Both the position numbers and the translations under genes were made by a program. From a virus (Duplodnaviria; Caudoviricetes): 37,181 nucleotides of DNA. Position 1 is the stretch's first letter. Each line of letters begins with the position of its first letter. The DNA lies in the IMG/VR virus record IMGVR_UViG_3300037756_000102, positions 1-37,181 of that record; one strand, given 5' to 3'. The notes below the pieces were generated by a model. That model was given only the letters and a program-made list of their open reading frames with translations. It searched no databases and was not told the DNA's origin. Below are positions 26,220 to 35,304 of this stretch, one piece after another.

Positions 26220-27959
26220 TCACCTTCCGTGAACCCGAGCGGCCAGGGCGTCCAGGACTTCCCGGGTATTTACCTTGACAGGTTCAATGATAGGGCGACG
26301 GGACACTGAGGGCCGTCCGGCAGCAACAAGAGCCATCTGCGCACCGGACGCGACCCTGGCAGCCATACGGGGCACCGGGAACCCCGGGACGTTGACCGCC
26401 AGCAGCCCGACCAGACGCAGCTGGCCGCCGATACGCCGCCAGTCCCCCGATACCTGACCTGACGCTCGCAGCTCATGGACCCGGTCCGCGTCCGCCGTGC
26501 CGCGCACCGCGCCCGCCACCCAGATGCCGTGCCTGTCATTGCCCACCGCCACGTCCGCGACGGCCGATCCCGTGTTGTCGTAGTGCTCAGCGGCCGGGGA
26601 AGCACCCATGTTCAGCGGGGCGTGCCCTGTCCCCACCGTGAGCTGACCGACTGCCACCGTGCTGCCGTCCTCCGTCGTCAGCTCGCCCGTCATGAAGAAC
26701 GGGTGTCCGTCCTCCCGCGGGGGCTGCACACACTGGTCGGAGAACCCCACATGGCAGGATCCCCACTGCGCGGCGTGCCCGTACACCCGGCCGGACGCGT
26801 CGATGGTGATCGCGGTGGGCACCGACAGACCCGGGTCCCGGAACCACGCGGCCGGCGGGACCCACTCACCCACGTCCGCGCTGGCCGTCACCACTTCTCC
26901 GGCTGTCATCAGCTCCGGCGGGGTGCGCCCGGCGTCCCGCAGATGGCGCGCCAGGTGGTTGTACACGCCCTGGATATCGGCGCCCGGGATCGTGGTTCCG
27001 CCCCGTGCTCCGTTCAGGACACCGATACCGGTACTGCATGCGGTCAGGTTCGCCGCTCCCGGACGTCCCTGCGCGCTGACTTCGTGGTGGATGAATCGGC
27101 ACGCCTGCTTGGTCAGCTCTCCGTCTTCGATACTGTCCGTGTCGATCCATGCGTAAGCGTCACGGGCCGTCTCCACCGTCATGGGCGACGGGAGCCGCTG
27201 TTCACTGGCCGGGCCGTCCCAGGACTCGTCAGTGGTGGGGGTGTCGTGACTGGCCACGGGACCGAACGAATCCAGGCGTCCGCCCGCCACAACGGCCCCG
27301 GCCTCGTCCAGAATCTCCACGTACGCTTCGGCGAATGCGGGGATGTCGACCAGGGTTGCCGCGCGGATACGCCCCGCATGGAAGATCATCTTTTCCGGTT
27401 GGGCGAACAGGAGATCTAGAATGTCCCCTTCGTCGTCCGCGCCCTCCGTGTCGTCCTCCGGCCACACGAACTCGATGTCCGCGTCACCGATCGAATCAGC
27501 ATCGATCGACACCCCGCGAATGAACCGACCCTTGATCAGGTCATAGACCCGCTGCCCGTCCGGCTCCGCAAGGTTCAGGACACCTTCGCCCATGATCCGG
27601 TCGTCCTCGCGCCAGATCCGGTCAATCCGTCCGACGTTGACGGCCAGTGTCCGCGGCTGACCACCGTGGCTGTCTTCCTTGTTCCAGCGCAGCGACAGCG
27701 GGGGCTCTTCCCACGTCAATGATTTCGGGGCGAACTCCCGACCGTCACCGGTCGTGATGCCCTCCACCGCGAGCGGTCCCCGCCATGCGGCCTCCGCCAC
27801 AGGGCCGTCCTCTCCGTAGAGAAGGTCCCGCTGCTCCTGCGCCTGTTCCTCCGTGGTGTGGCAGCCCACCGTCTCACCCGTATCAAGATCCACGACACCC
27901 CACGGGGATTCCCCCGGGCACCCGTCATGGCCTTCCCGGATCTCCAGATGCTTGGCCAT
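26220..27959 (-). CDS. capsid maturation protease-like protein
   Basis: EG..TGDGR.F, VG.I..I, GVS.D, ATLV.IPAF and SGDWR..LAVN.PGF motifs; lies between MuF-like and capsid genes. Confidence 0.7.
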   Translation of the reverse strand: MAKHLEIREGHDGCPGESPWGVVDLDTGETVGCHTTEEQAQEQRDLLYGEDGPVAEAAWRGPLAVEGITTGDGREFAPKSLTWEEPPLSLRWNKEDSHGGQPRTLAVNVGRIDRIWREDDRIMGEGVLNLAEPDGQRVYDLIKGRFIRGVSIDADSIGDADIEFVWPEDDTEGADDEGDILDLLFAQPEKMIFHAGRIRAATLVDIPAFAEAYVEILDEAGAVVAGGRLDSFGPVASHDTPTTDESWDGPASEQRLPSPMTVETARDAYAWIDTDSIEDGELTKQACRFIHHEVSAQGRPGAANLTACSTGIGVLNGARGGTTIPGADIQGVYNHLARHLRDAGRTPPELMTAGEVVTASADVGEWVPPAAWFRDPGLSVPTAITIDASGRVYGHAAQWGSCHVGFSDQCVQPPREDGHPFFMTGELTTEDGSTVAVGQLTVGTGHAPLNMGASPAAEHYDNTGSAVADVAVGNDRHGIWVAGAVRGTADADRVHELRASGQVSGDWRRIGGQLRLVGLLAVNVPGFPVPRMAARVASGAQMALVAAGRPSVSRRPIIEPVKVNTREVLDALAARVHGR

Positions 27960-27960
27960 T

Positions 27961-29343
27961 TCAGGTCTCCTCTTCCCAGAGCGCCACTACCGTCCCCCTG
28001 CACCGGGGTCCGCCCAGACAGGCTGTGTAGCCACCCGCAGGGTAAGCCACCAGCGAATCGGCCAGCGTCTCGAACTCTGTCCCGTCGATGTCCCGGCACG
28101 GGCCGCACACGTTGCGGTCCAGGATTTCCGACGCCGTGTACACACGTGCCGGGGGCGCGGCCTCCAGCACGGTGCGGCGTCCCTCGTTCTGCGCAGCCGT
28201 GATCGCCCCGCCCACCGTGACCCGCGGCCCGGCATCGGACAGGCCGACCAGGTGGGCGCCCACTTCCTCCCCCACCTGGACCGGGGAGACCTGCGGGCGC
28301 CCGATCAGCTCCAGCGCCCGGCGGACAGCGGACTGAACCAGAGAACTGTTCAGGATCCTGGCCGTCACGCCCGCGATGGAGCGCAGCAGATCCAGCCCCA
28401 CCGCGGCAGTCACAGCCCCGCCCAGTTCCCAGTCCGGAACAGCTACGCCCTGTTCCTCCGCTTCCTTCTGCTGGGCTTCCCCGGCCTGCTGTGCGGCACG
28501 CACCATGTGATCAATCAGCACGGCTTCTACCGGTGCCGCGTCCAGTGCCAAGGCATTCAACAGGTCCAGGTCACCGAGTTCGGCAGCGGCCTGAACTTCA
28601 CCCGTCAGAGTCTCGATCTGCTGCTGACGCAGCGGCTCAAGGTCGGCCATCACAGCATCTACGGCTGACTCCCAGTCACCCTGCATCCGGGTGAAGTCAG
28701 TGAACCGCTCGTCCGGCCGGGGCTGCCTGCGCAGCGGACCCGCAGCAGCCGTAACAGCGGAACCCAGCGGGATGTCCGTGTGCTCCCCGCCGAACGCCAG
28801 TCGCACACGGTCGAACGTGACCGGGCCCATACGGGTGGCCACACTCTTGATCAGCGATGTGTCTCCCGAGTACGCCACACAGATGTGCGGCGCCCACGGT
28901 GCGTGCTGGACCGGAAGGTCATCCGGTCCGTGCCGGTCCTCAAGAGCGTCTGTGGCAAGCCGGTGCAGATCCTCAAGCCGGGCGCCCTCGCTGTCCCGGT
29001 CGTCTCCCACTCCGAGGACCCAGCACGGTTCAGGACTGCCCGCGTTCCAGTGGTTCGCCCCGAACACGCGGGCCTGTACCGCCCCCGGAGGCTCCGCCTC
29101 CAGCCGGCTGCGAACCAGGCTGATCAGCTCCGTTCGCTGATCCTCACTCCAGTCCTCACCCTCCCCGAGGAAGAACAGAGTCAGATGCAGCTCCCCCGCG
29201 TCCTCCCCACCGGGCAGCGCCAGACGCTCCGCGTCCTCCTCCGTGGGCATGAGCGCGATCATCGCCCCGGACGTGTGCGACCCATCGGCAGCGGCCCGCA
29301 GCGTACGCAGCCGGAAAAACGGATCGTCAGCGACGATGCCCAT
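27961..29343 (-). CDS. 2H phosphoesterase (2'-5' RNA ligase-like) fused to MuF-like head morphogenesis domain
   Basis: LHLTL and PHICV 2H motifs; C-terminal SEILD..VC.PC..DG...C.G..RCRG. Confidence 0.7.
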   Translation of the reverse strand: MGIVADDPFFRLRTLRAAADGSHTSGAMIALMPTEEDAERLALPGGEDAGELHLTLFFLGEGEDWSEDQRTELISLVRSRLEAEPPGAVQARVFGANHWNAGSPEPCWVLGVGDDRDSEGARLEDLHRLATDALEDRHGPDDLPVQHAPWAPHICVAYSGDTSLIKSVATRMGPVTFDRVRLAFGGEHTDIPLGSAVTAAAGPLRRQPRPDERFTDFTRMQGDWESAVDAVMADLEPLRQQQIETLTGEVQAAAELGDLDLLNALALDAAPVEAVLIDHMVRAAQQAGEAQQKEAEEQGVAVPDWELGGAVTAAVGLDLLRSIAGVTARILNSSLVQSAVRRALELIGRPQVSPVQVGEEVGAHLVGLSDAGPRVTVGGAITAAQNEGRRTVLEAAPPARVYTASEILDRNVCGPCRDIDGTEFETLADSLVAYPAGGYTACLGGPRCRGTVVALWEEET

Positions 29344-31087
29344 TCAGCCCTCCAGTCACCAGCAGATCCACCGTGCTGCGCATCGGCGCCATACCTCCCA
29401 CACGCAGTGTCCCGAACGCGTCCAGCGAGCATTCATAGGTGCCGCTCCGGCCAGGCCGGACAGACCGACCCATGATCAGCGCACCCTTCGTGTACGGGCA
29501 GGAGTACGCGTGAGCGTCGCACAGCGGGGGATGCAGCACATCCGTACCTGAGACGGAGAACCGGATCAGGTGCGGTGCCCGGGACTGTGCCATCAGGCGT
29601 TCGGTCCTGCGCACGGACATGTCCGGTTCCGGTGGTTCGTCCTCCCTGGTATCCGGCTCTGTACGTTCATCCTGCTGCGGGGAAGACTCGCCCGGATCCG
29701 GTGCTGGTCCTGCCTCCGCAGCCCGGACAGGGGTGATCACGACCTGTTCACCGATCAGTTCCGACAGGGCGGACCCGGCACCGGACGGCAGCGTCTGAAT
29801 AATCCGTTTCAGTGCCTGTTCCTTCAGTTCCTCGCCCTCGGGCTTGTCCTCGTCACTGAACCCTGTCTCCCTGCGCAGCGCGTCTCCGTCGATCTCCATC
29901 CGGTCATAGAGCAGAACAGCGTTACCGGACTTGTCCGGGCGTACAGCCAGCTCAGACAAGTCGTACCAGACCACGTAACGGCCGATGTCCTCCTGACCGG
30001 ACGCGGCAAGGCGAGGCTGTAGGTAACCCGTGGTGAGCGCCTGAGAGATCAGTTCCGCGTCGGGGGCGATGACCGTTTTCAGCGCCCCCTCTTCCAATTG
30101 CCACGCCGACCAGTGATTCACCTCGGCCATACCCATCAAAACTTCGGACGGGATGTTCAGCTGCATTGCCAGGCGCTTGATCGCTGAGTCCCGCTTGTCG
30201 ATGATCCGGTCATCGATCTGGAGCGTGAAGTCGAGATGTTTGATCTTGTCCAGGTACTCGCCCGGTACCTTGATCGGGATCGGTACGACGCCGGCAGCTG
30301 TGCCCGGTTCTCTGATGGCCTGAGCCGCGATCTCGATGAACTCGGCCGCGAACGGATCCGGAGCGTCCGCGTACTCCTCTTTCACCGGAAACTCGATCTC
30401 CTGCGGGTACAGGAACACCCCGGCCGACGCCAGACGGGACAGATACTGCGCGGAAATATGCCGGTTGACCAACTCAAGCTCCCGCATGGCTGCACGAGCT
30501 GCACGAGCCGGAGAATCCGGCAGATACGACCACCTCTTGTGCGGACGCCGCACCAGCACCACCAGATGATCCGATGCCAGCGTGCGCCATTCCCGGGCGC
30601 CCTGAAGGGAGTCCTCCCGGATCACCTCGAACGTGCCACGGTGCGCCCGGACCTCGTCCACGGAGCGCACTGCCCACCTGTCGACGTCCCCGTCGGATTC
30701 CCCGATCAGGTACCCCTCACCGGGAATGTCCAGCTGGGTGGTCAGTGAGCTGATGAGTCCGGCCTGCCCGGCGACTCCTCCGGCCAGCATGGTCATCATC
30801 TGCACCGGCAGGCTGTCACCCTCCAGGCGCACCGGCTCATCCTGACCGGGCAACAGCTCGGCCGCATAGAACCTGACCCGGGACATCATCGCCGATTTCC
30901 AGTCGGTCGCATACCGCAGCTCCCCCAGGTTCTCCCAGTAGCCCCAGACCTCTTCCTGCCAGGTATCGGAGGACCGGAGGAACTGGTTGCGGGCGTCCTT
31001 GACGGGGATGGCGGCAGCGGTCAGGGCTTCCCGGTCGGTCTGGGATGTGTCCTTGCGGCGGCCGAGGCCGAGCGTCCACCACGCCAT
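29327..31087 (-). CDS. portal protein
   Basis: WQ.E.W..GEL.Y, GEGY, SRLA.AG and NHW.AW motifs; follows terminase. Confidence 0.8.
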   Translation of the reverse strand: MAWWTLGLGRRKDTSQTDREALTAAAIPVKDARNQFLRSSDTWQEEVWGYWENLGELRYATDWKSAMMSRVRFYAAELLPGQDEPVRLEGDSLPVQMMTMLAGGVAGQAGLISSLTTQLDIPGEGYLIGESDGDVDRWAVRSVDEVRAHRGTFEVIREDSLQGAREWRTLASDHLVVLVRRPHKRWSYLPDSPARAARAAMRELELVNRHISAQYLSRLASAGVFLYPQEIEFPVKEEYADAPDPFAAEFIEIAAQAIREPGTAAGVVPIPIKVPGEYLDKIKHLDFTLQIDDRIIDKRDSAIKRLAMQLNIPSEVLMGMAEVNHWSAWQLEEGALKTVIAPDAELISQALTTGYLQPRLAASGQEDIGRYVVWYDLSELAVRPDKSGNAVLLYDRMEIDGDALRRETGFSDEDKPEGEELKEQALKRIIQTLPSGAGSALSELIGEQVVITPVRAAEAGPAPDPGESSPQQDERTEPDTREDEPPEPDMSVRRTERLMAQSRAPHLIRFSVSGTDVLHPPLCDAHAYSCPYTKGALIMGRSVRPGRSGTYECSLDAFGTLRVGGMAPMRSTVDLLVTGGLNGHRR

Positions 31088-31139
31088 CGCTACGCCTCCA
31101 GGATCCGGGCCACGGATCTACTGTAGCCAGTGAAACGCG

Positions 31140-31174
31140 CAGGACCCCCGCGCGGGGGAAGCGCGGGGGTCCTG
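31140..31174 (-). terminator. hairpin between DUF1360-like and portal genes
   Basis: 14-bp perfect stem CAGGACCCCCGCGC/GCGCGGGGGTCCTG. Confidence 0.55.
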
Positions 31175-31208
31175 GAGAGCGCACGTGGACAGTGCGTGCC
31201 TGAGTATG

Positions 31209-31589
31209 TCACGCCCATTCCTGGGCTGCCAGAAGGGCGCCCAGGGCCCACACGGCTGCCCACACCAGGACCGGATCCGGTACCGATCCCCAGTGGGCGA
31301 CAGCCGCTGTCACTCCGGCAGCGACCCACCCGGATGCACACCACGCGCAGGAGACCAGTTCCCCGAACCAGCGGGGTGACCAGCGCCAGGGCTGCACGTA
31401 GCGGTGCATGACCCCGTCGAGTTCCTTGAGGTCTCCACCGTTCTGCGGGGCGTGCCGGGCCCGGACCGGTACCCAGTCGCCGGCCAGTCGGGCACGGACC
31501 CACAGGACCGGGGGGAAGGTGTCCTCGACGACAAGCCGGGTGCCCCGGTAGGTGGCGAGGGACATGAGAGTGAGCAGCATCCACGTCAT
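31209..31589 (-). CDS. DUF1360-like membrane protein
   Basis: LATYR.TRLV..D and GEL.SC.WC...W motifs; TM helices. Confidence 0.75.
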   Translation of the reverse strand: MTWMLLTLMSLATYRGTRLVVEDTFPPVLWVRARLAGDWVPVRARHAPQNGGDLKELDGVMHRYVQPWRWSPRWFGELVSCAWCASGWVAAGVTAAVAHWGSVPDPVLVWAAVWALGALLAAQEWA

Positions 31590-31613
31590 ATGACGTACTG
31601 TAACCGGCCCCGG

Positions 31614-34034
31614 TCAGCCGATCTTCCGGCCCGCAGCAGCCGACGCAATCGACCCCTGACCGGACGACACCGCCTGTACCAGCCGCATATGCCATGGGCC
31701 CCACACCATCGCGTCCAGTCTGTCCGGTGACCACCCCAGCTCCGGATACCAGGTACACAACTGGCCCTCCAGTTCCTCGAACACCCCGACGTGATGCCAG
31801 CGGCCCTGAGCACTGAGCGCGCTCACCGGCTGCGCCCGGATCACCTTCCCCCGCGTCGCCCGGACCTGCTTGAGCGGGATACTCACCCCCATCCGCTCAC
31901 ACGCCGTACGCAGCACCGCCACCGCCTGATCGCCCCCGTAGTTGACCTCCACACAGATGTCATCCGCCTCCCAGTCCACGGCCGCCTGTACCGCACGGGC
32001 TCCCCAGCCCTCCGGCTGAAGCCTGCACGTCCGGTCGTCCAGCACGAAGCCGTGCGCGCGGGCCCGGGGCTGGCCGCCCTCCATCTCCTCCGGTTCAGGG
32101 AATGTGCCGGGCAGCACCAAACCCGACTTGGCTGTGACCACGATCCCCTGTTCCCCCGCCCCGCCGGACGGGTCCACACCCACCGTGATGCGCGCCGTAC
32201 TGGGAAGCTGATCGGGGGTGATCCGGCCATGGGCAAGCGAGGTACGGCGCCACAGGGCGTTCTGCACCTCCTCCAGCAGCCGCCCGTACAGTTCCTGATC
32301 GCCGATCTCCGTACCCGCGTACGCGTCCTCCAGCGCGGCCTTCACGCCCTGGTCAAGGTACGGATTGTCATACATCGTCGCGTGCGTGTGGGCGACCTTC
32401 GGTATGTCCCCGGAGATCAGTTTCTTGAGCAGCGGGCGGGGCCGGGGGGTGGTTGTCGCCACCCAGTGCGGACGCCTCCCGGACCGCAGACCGAACCGCA
32501 GCTGATCCCAGCACGCGTCCATGTACCGCCACGCAGCGAATTCCTCCAGCCACGCTGTGCAAAGATTTCCACCAGCCCGCAGCCGGTCCGCAGCTTTCGG
32601 TTCATCCGCCCCGAACAGTTTGGCCTGCGATCCGTTCTGCCAACGGATCACCGTGCCTCCCGGCGCCTGCACCAGCCGGGCGCCCGGGTTGTGGCTCCGC
32701 AGCCCGGACGGCCCTTCCCAGCACGCTGTGACCGCGTCTCCCAGCGTCGGGGCGATGATGCCGATCCAGTGCGGTACAGGGCCCGGGATGCACGGTGGAC
32801 CGTTCACGTGGTCGGTCAGGTACGCGGCAGCGGCAGCGGTCTTCCCGCTGTTGTGATGCCAGATGCCTTCCGCTAGGTAGCTGTGTACACCGGGGACTTG
32901 CAGGTCGTAGAACTCCCCGTAGCCGATACTCTGTTTGGACACCACCCGTCGCCAGGTAGTAGAATCCAACCATGGCCCCGAAATGGAAACTTCCACCGGA
33001 CGCAATTGATCGCTATCAGTCAGGGATGTCCCTGAAAGACCTAGCGAATGAATACGGCACCAGCCCCCAGACGGTTGGCCGTCGCCTCCAGGCAGCCGGG
33101 GTGAAACTGCGAGGGGCAGAGAAGACAGAACAGCATCGGGCGCGTCTGTCCGCAGCCAAGCTGACCCCCCTTGATGAGGGACAGCTACGTAAACGGGCAT
33201 CTCAAGGGATGAGTTGTCGAGAGATCGCTGCGGAGCTGGGAGTGAATGAGGAAGTAGCCCGGGAACGCATGATCCGTCTTGGGCTGCCGCGTCTGCCGGC
33301 CAAGGCGCGTCCGGAACGTAACCACTTCTGGCGAGGTGGCCGAACGACGGACAAGGCTGGTTACATCTTGGTGAAGGCGCCTGGTCACCCCCATGCCACC
33401 CAGAGCGGCTACGTACGGGAACACCGACTGGTGATGGAACAGGAAATCGGAAGGTATCTGGAACCGGGCGAGGTAGTGGACCATATCGACGGCAACCCGT
33501 CGAACAACGATCCGTCAAACCTCCGGCTGTTCGCGTCGAACGCGGAGCATCTTCGTGTGACGCTCGCGGGTCGGACCCCGAACTGGACTGAGGACGGTTG
33601 GCGCCGCATCCAAGCAGGTGTCCGGAAAGCAGCTCGTCAGCGCGCCGCCAGCCAGAAGGCGTCAGAAAACGGTGACCCCCAGTAACCGCGACTGAGCTGC
33701 CGTCGTCCAGCTCGAAGCGCAACCACTCAGCTGTCCCCTTACGGAACGGCGCAGCGCAGCGCACCGGAACAGCTCCGTCGTGCCCGAGACCGAGCACAGT
33801 GATGGGCTGCCCGGAGGCAGCCAACTCAGCCACCGGTGCTTCAACCCCAGTCAACGGGTCAAGGATCCGTGTCCATGGAGCGATACATCCCCGCCCGGCC
33901 ATAAGCAGCCACCCGTACCAGTCCCCCGGAGGCGGAACCTGGTGCGGCTGCGGGCGCCACCGCGCCGGAGCATGCGCCCGGGTGGCGAGAGCTCTCGCAG
34001 CCAGCTGCGCCACCGCTACACGGTCAGTGTCCAT
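31614..34034 (-). CDS. terL: terminase large subunit containing an intein (460 aa after splicing)
   Basis: Spliced Walker A AGRG/SGKT, WLEE Walker B, TTTP, DNPYL, VGVDP and SPDRLDA nuclease motifs. Confidence 0.92.
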   Translation of the reverse strand: MDTDRVAVAQLAARALATRAHAPARWRPQPHQVPPPGDWYGWLLMAGRGCIAPWTRILDPLTGVEAPVAELAASGQPITVLGLGHDGAVPVRCAAPFRKGTAEWLRFELDDGSSVAVTGGHRFLTPSGWRRADELLSGHLLGCGANRPQSSSGSDPRASHEDAPRSTRTAGGLTDRCSTGCRRYGPLPRPVPDTFRFPVPSPVGVPVRSRSGWHGGDQAPSPRCNQPCPSFGHLARSGYVPDAPWPADAAAQDGSCVPGLLPHSLPAPQRSLDNSSLEMPVYVAVPHQGGSAWLRTDAPDAVLSSLPLAVSPRLPGGDGQPSGGWCRIHSLGLSGTSLTDSDQLRPVEVSISGPWLDSTTWRRVVSKQSIGYGEFYDLQVPGVHSYLAEGIWHHNSGKTAAAAAYLTDHVNGPPCIPGPVPHWIGIIAPTLGDAVTACWEGPSGLRSHNPGARLVQAPGGTVIRWQNGSQAKLFGADEPKAADRLRAGGNLCTAWLEEFAAWRYMDACWDQLRFGLRSGRRPHWVATTTPRPRPLLKKLISGDIPKVAHTHATMYDNPYLDQGVKAALEDAYAGTEIGDQELYGRLLEEVQNALWRRTSLAHGRITPDQLPSTARITVGVDPSGGAGEQGIVVTAKSGLVLPGTFPEPEEMEGGQPRARAHGFVLDDRTCRLQPEGWGARAVQAAVDWEADDICVEVNYGGDQAVAVLRTACERMGVSIPLKQVRATRGKVIRAQPVSALSAQGRWHHVGVFEELEGQLCTWYPELGWSPDRLDAMVWGPWHMRLVQAVSSGQGSIASAAAGRKIG
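32936..32971 (+). promoter_or_regulatory. putative leaderless promoter of the antisense HNH gene
   Basis: TGGACA-N18-TAGAAT-N6-ATG(32972); no Shine-Dalgarno. Confidence 0.55.
32972..33685 (+). CDS. HNH homing endonuclease with two HTH domains, antisense and fully nested in the intein
   Basis: HTH GMSLKDLANEYGTSPQTV; HTH GMSCREIAAELGV; N.FWRGG..GY..HP..GYV.EHRLVME..VDHIDGNPSNNDPSNL..EH. Confidence 0.9.
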   Translation: MAPKWKLPPDAIDRYQSGMSLKDLANEYGTSPQTVGRRLQAAGVKLRGAEKTEQHRARLSAAKLTPLDEGQLRKRASQGMSCREIAAELGVNEEVARERMIRLGLPRLPAKARPERNHFWRGGRTTDKAGYILVKAPGHPHATQSGYVREHRLVMEQEIGRYLEPGEVVDHIDGNPSNNDPSNLRLFASNAEHLRVTLAGRTPNWTEDGWRRIQAGVRKAARQRAASQKASENGDPQ

Positions 34035-34052
34035 GGACGGAGTGTGCCCGGT

Positions 34053-34616
34053 TCAACGTACGGCCGCGTCCCCGCGAGTGGGGCGGCCAGCGGAGTTCTT
34101 CCCGTGGTGCCACCACGTCCAGCTCCGGACCGGGAGATGAACGATGCGGGCGCCCGCAGCGACGCAGCCCTTGGTAAACGCGAAATCCTCCCCCACACCC
34201 TTGAAACCCACACTCCGCGCGAGGCCGGTACGCACGAGAATCGTGATGGTGGTGGAGTGCGGGTGATCGTCGTCCCAGGGCTTCCCGAAGAACATGGGGA
34301 ACGGGTCGGAACCTCCCTTCACCCGGAACCAGGGGTACACGTAGTCCGCCCCGGTCTCCTCCGCACAGGCCAGCAGCCCCGCGATATGACCCGGATCCAT
34401 CTCGTCATCCGAGTCAAGGAACGCGGTCCACTCCGTCTCCACCAGGGCCATGCCGCAGTTCCGGGTCATGGCCGCGCCCTTGTGGAACACATCCCGGGCG
34501 AGGATGTGTTCCACGGGGACCGTCTGTGCGGCCACAGACGCAGCGGCCCGTTTCAGCATCCCGTTGCGCTCTCGCGCCTCGTGGTAAGGCGTGACCACGG
34601 TGACGCCCGGCTTCAT
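34053..34616 (-). CDS. glycosyltransferase family 2
   Basis: VTVVTP, GAA.TRN.G, AFLDSDD and GED motifs. Confidence 0.85.
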   Translation of the reverse strand: MKPGVTVVTPYHEARERNGMLKRAAASVAAQTVPVEHILARDVFHKGAAMTRNCGMALVETEWTAFLDSDDEMDPGHIAGLLACAEETGADYVYPWFRVKGGSDPFPMFFGKPWDDDHPHSTTITILVRTGLARSVGFKGVGEDFAFTKGCVAAGARIVHLPVRSWTWWHHGKNSAGRPTRGDAAVR

Positions 34617-35053
34617 CGCGGAGTGCCCTTCCACAGGATCTCGTTGTCTCCCTGGATCCTCAGCTCCAGCGTCTTCCACGGTCGCAGACCGTAGTCAGCG
34701 TGCGCAGCCTTCGTACCGTCCAGATAGTGGAAACTGGCCATGCACCAGAAGCTGACATGGGTGGGGTCGGCGAACGCATGCCAGGTTCCCGATAGACAGT
34801 TCGGCACTCGGATCTCGAACACGGAACCGGGCTTGAGGACCCGGTGCGCCTCGTTCATCACCGTGATGCGCGGCTCGCCGGCCGGGATGTGCTCCATCAC
34901 GTGCGACGCGCGGATAGCGTCCATGGTCCGGTCACCGGTCGGCCACGCCGCGCCCTGCGCCATCCGCTTCCACGGCCCGGTCCCGTGCTGGGGGTCCAGG
35001 TTGATCCACCCTGACTGGACGAGTTTCCCGCCACCGATCTCGATACTGGGCAT
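34613..35053 (-). CDS. class I SAM-dependent methyltransferase
   Basis: IEIGGG, SHVMEHI, HRVLKPG and DPTH motifs. Confidence 0.85.
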   Translation of the reverse strand: MPSIEIGGGKLVQSGWINLDPQHGTGPWKRMAQGAAWPTGDRTMDAIRASHVMEHIPAGEPRITVMNEAHRVLKPGSVFEIRVPNCLSGTWHAFADPTHVSFWCMASFHYLDGTKAAHADYGLRPWKTLELRIQGDNEILWKGTPR

Positions 35054-35304
35054 CACACACGCTCCGGCCAGTGCCAGGTACCGCCAACCGCATGCCCACA
35101 CTCCACGTGTGAGACGCCTTGATTGAAGAACATTCCGGTGGGGTTGAGTATCGCCAGCGAGAGAATCCCTCCCCCAGCATCTCCCGAAGGGTCTTCCACT
35201 GCTGTGATGACTGCCGCTCGGCACTGCGAGCTGTACTCGCCGCCAGGTGTGCCATAACTGACGTAGTGCACGGTCCTGCCCACGCTCGGTATCTGTGCAC
35301 CCAT
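35053..35304 (-). CDS. hypothetical phage protein
   Basis: PSVGR.VHY...AA.IT...GTWHWPER motif; coupled on both sides. Confidence 0.7.
   Translation of the reverse strand: MGAQIPSVGRTVHYVSYGTPGGEYSSQCRAAVITAVEDPSGDAGGGILSLAILNPTGMFFNQGVSHVECGHAVGGTWHWPERV

Larger units (their letters stand above)
32850..33887 (-). mobile_element. intein (346 aa) inserted in the TerL Walker A motif
   Basis: Block A CIAPWTRI, block B VTGGHRF, block F FYDLQV..HSY, block G HHN followed by Ser+1. Confidence 0.92.

Noticed and set aside
32850-33887. Group I intron explanation for the terL insertion
   Set aside because: Insertion is in frame, stop-free and bounded by Cys1 and His-Asn/Ser intein motifs
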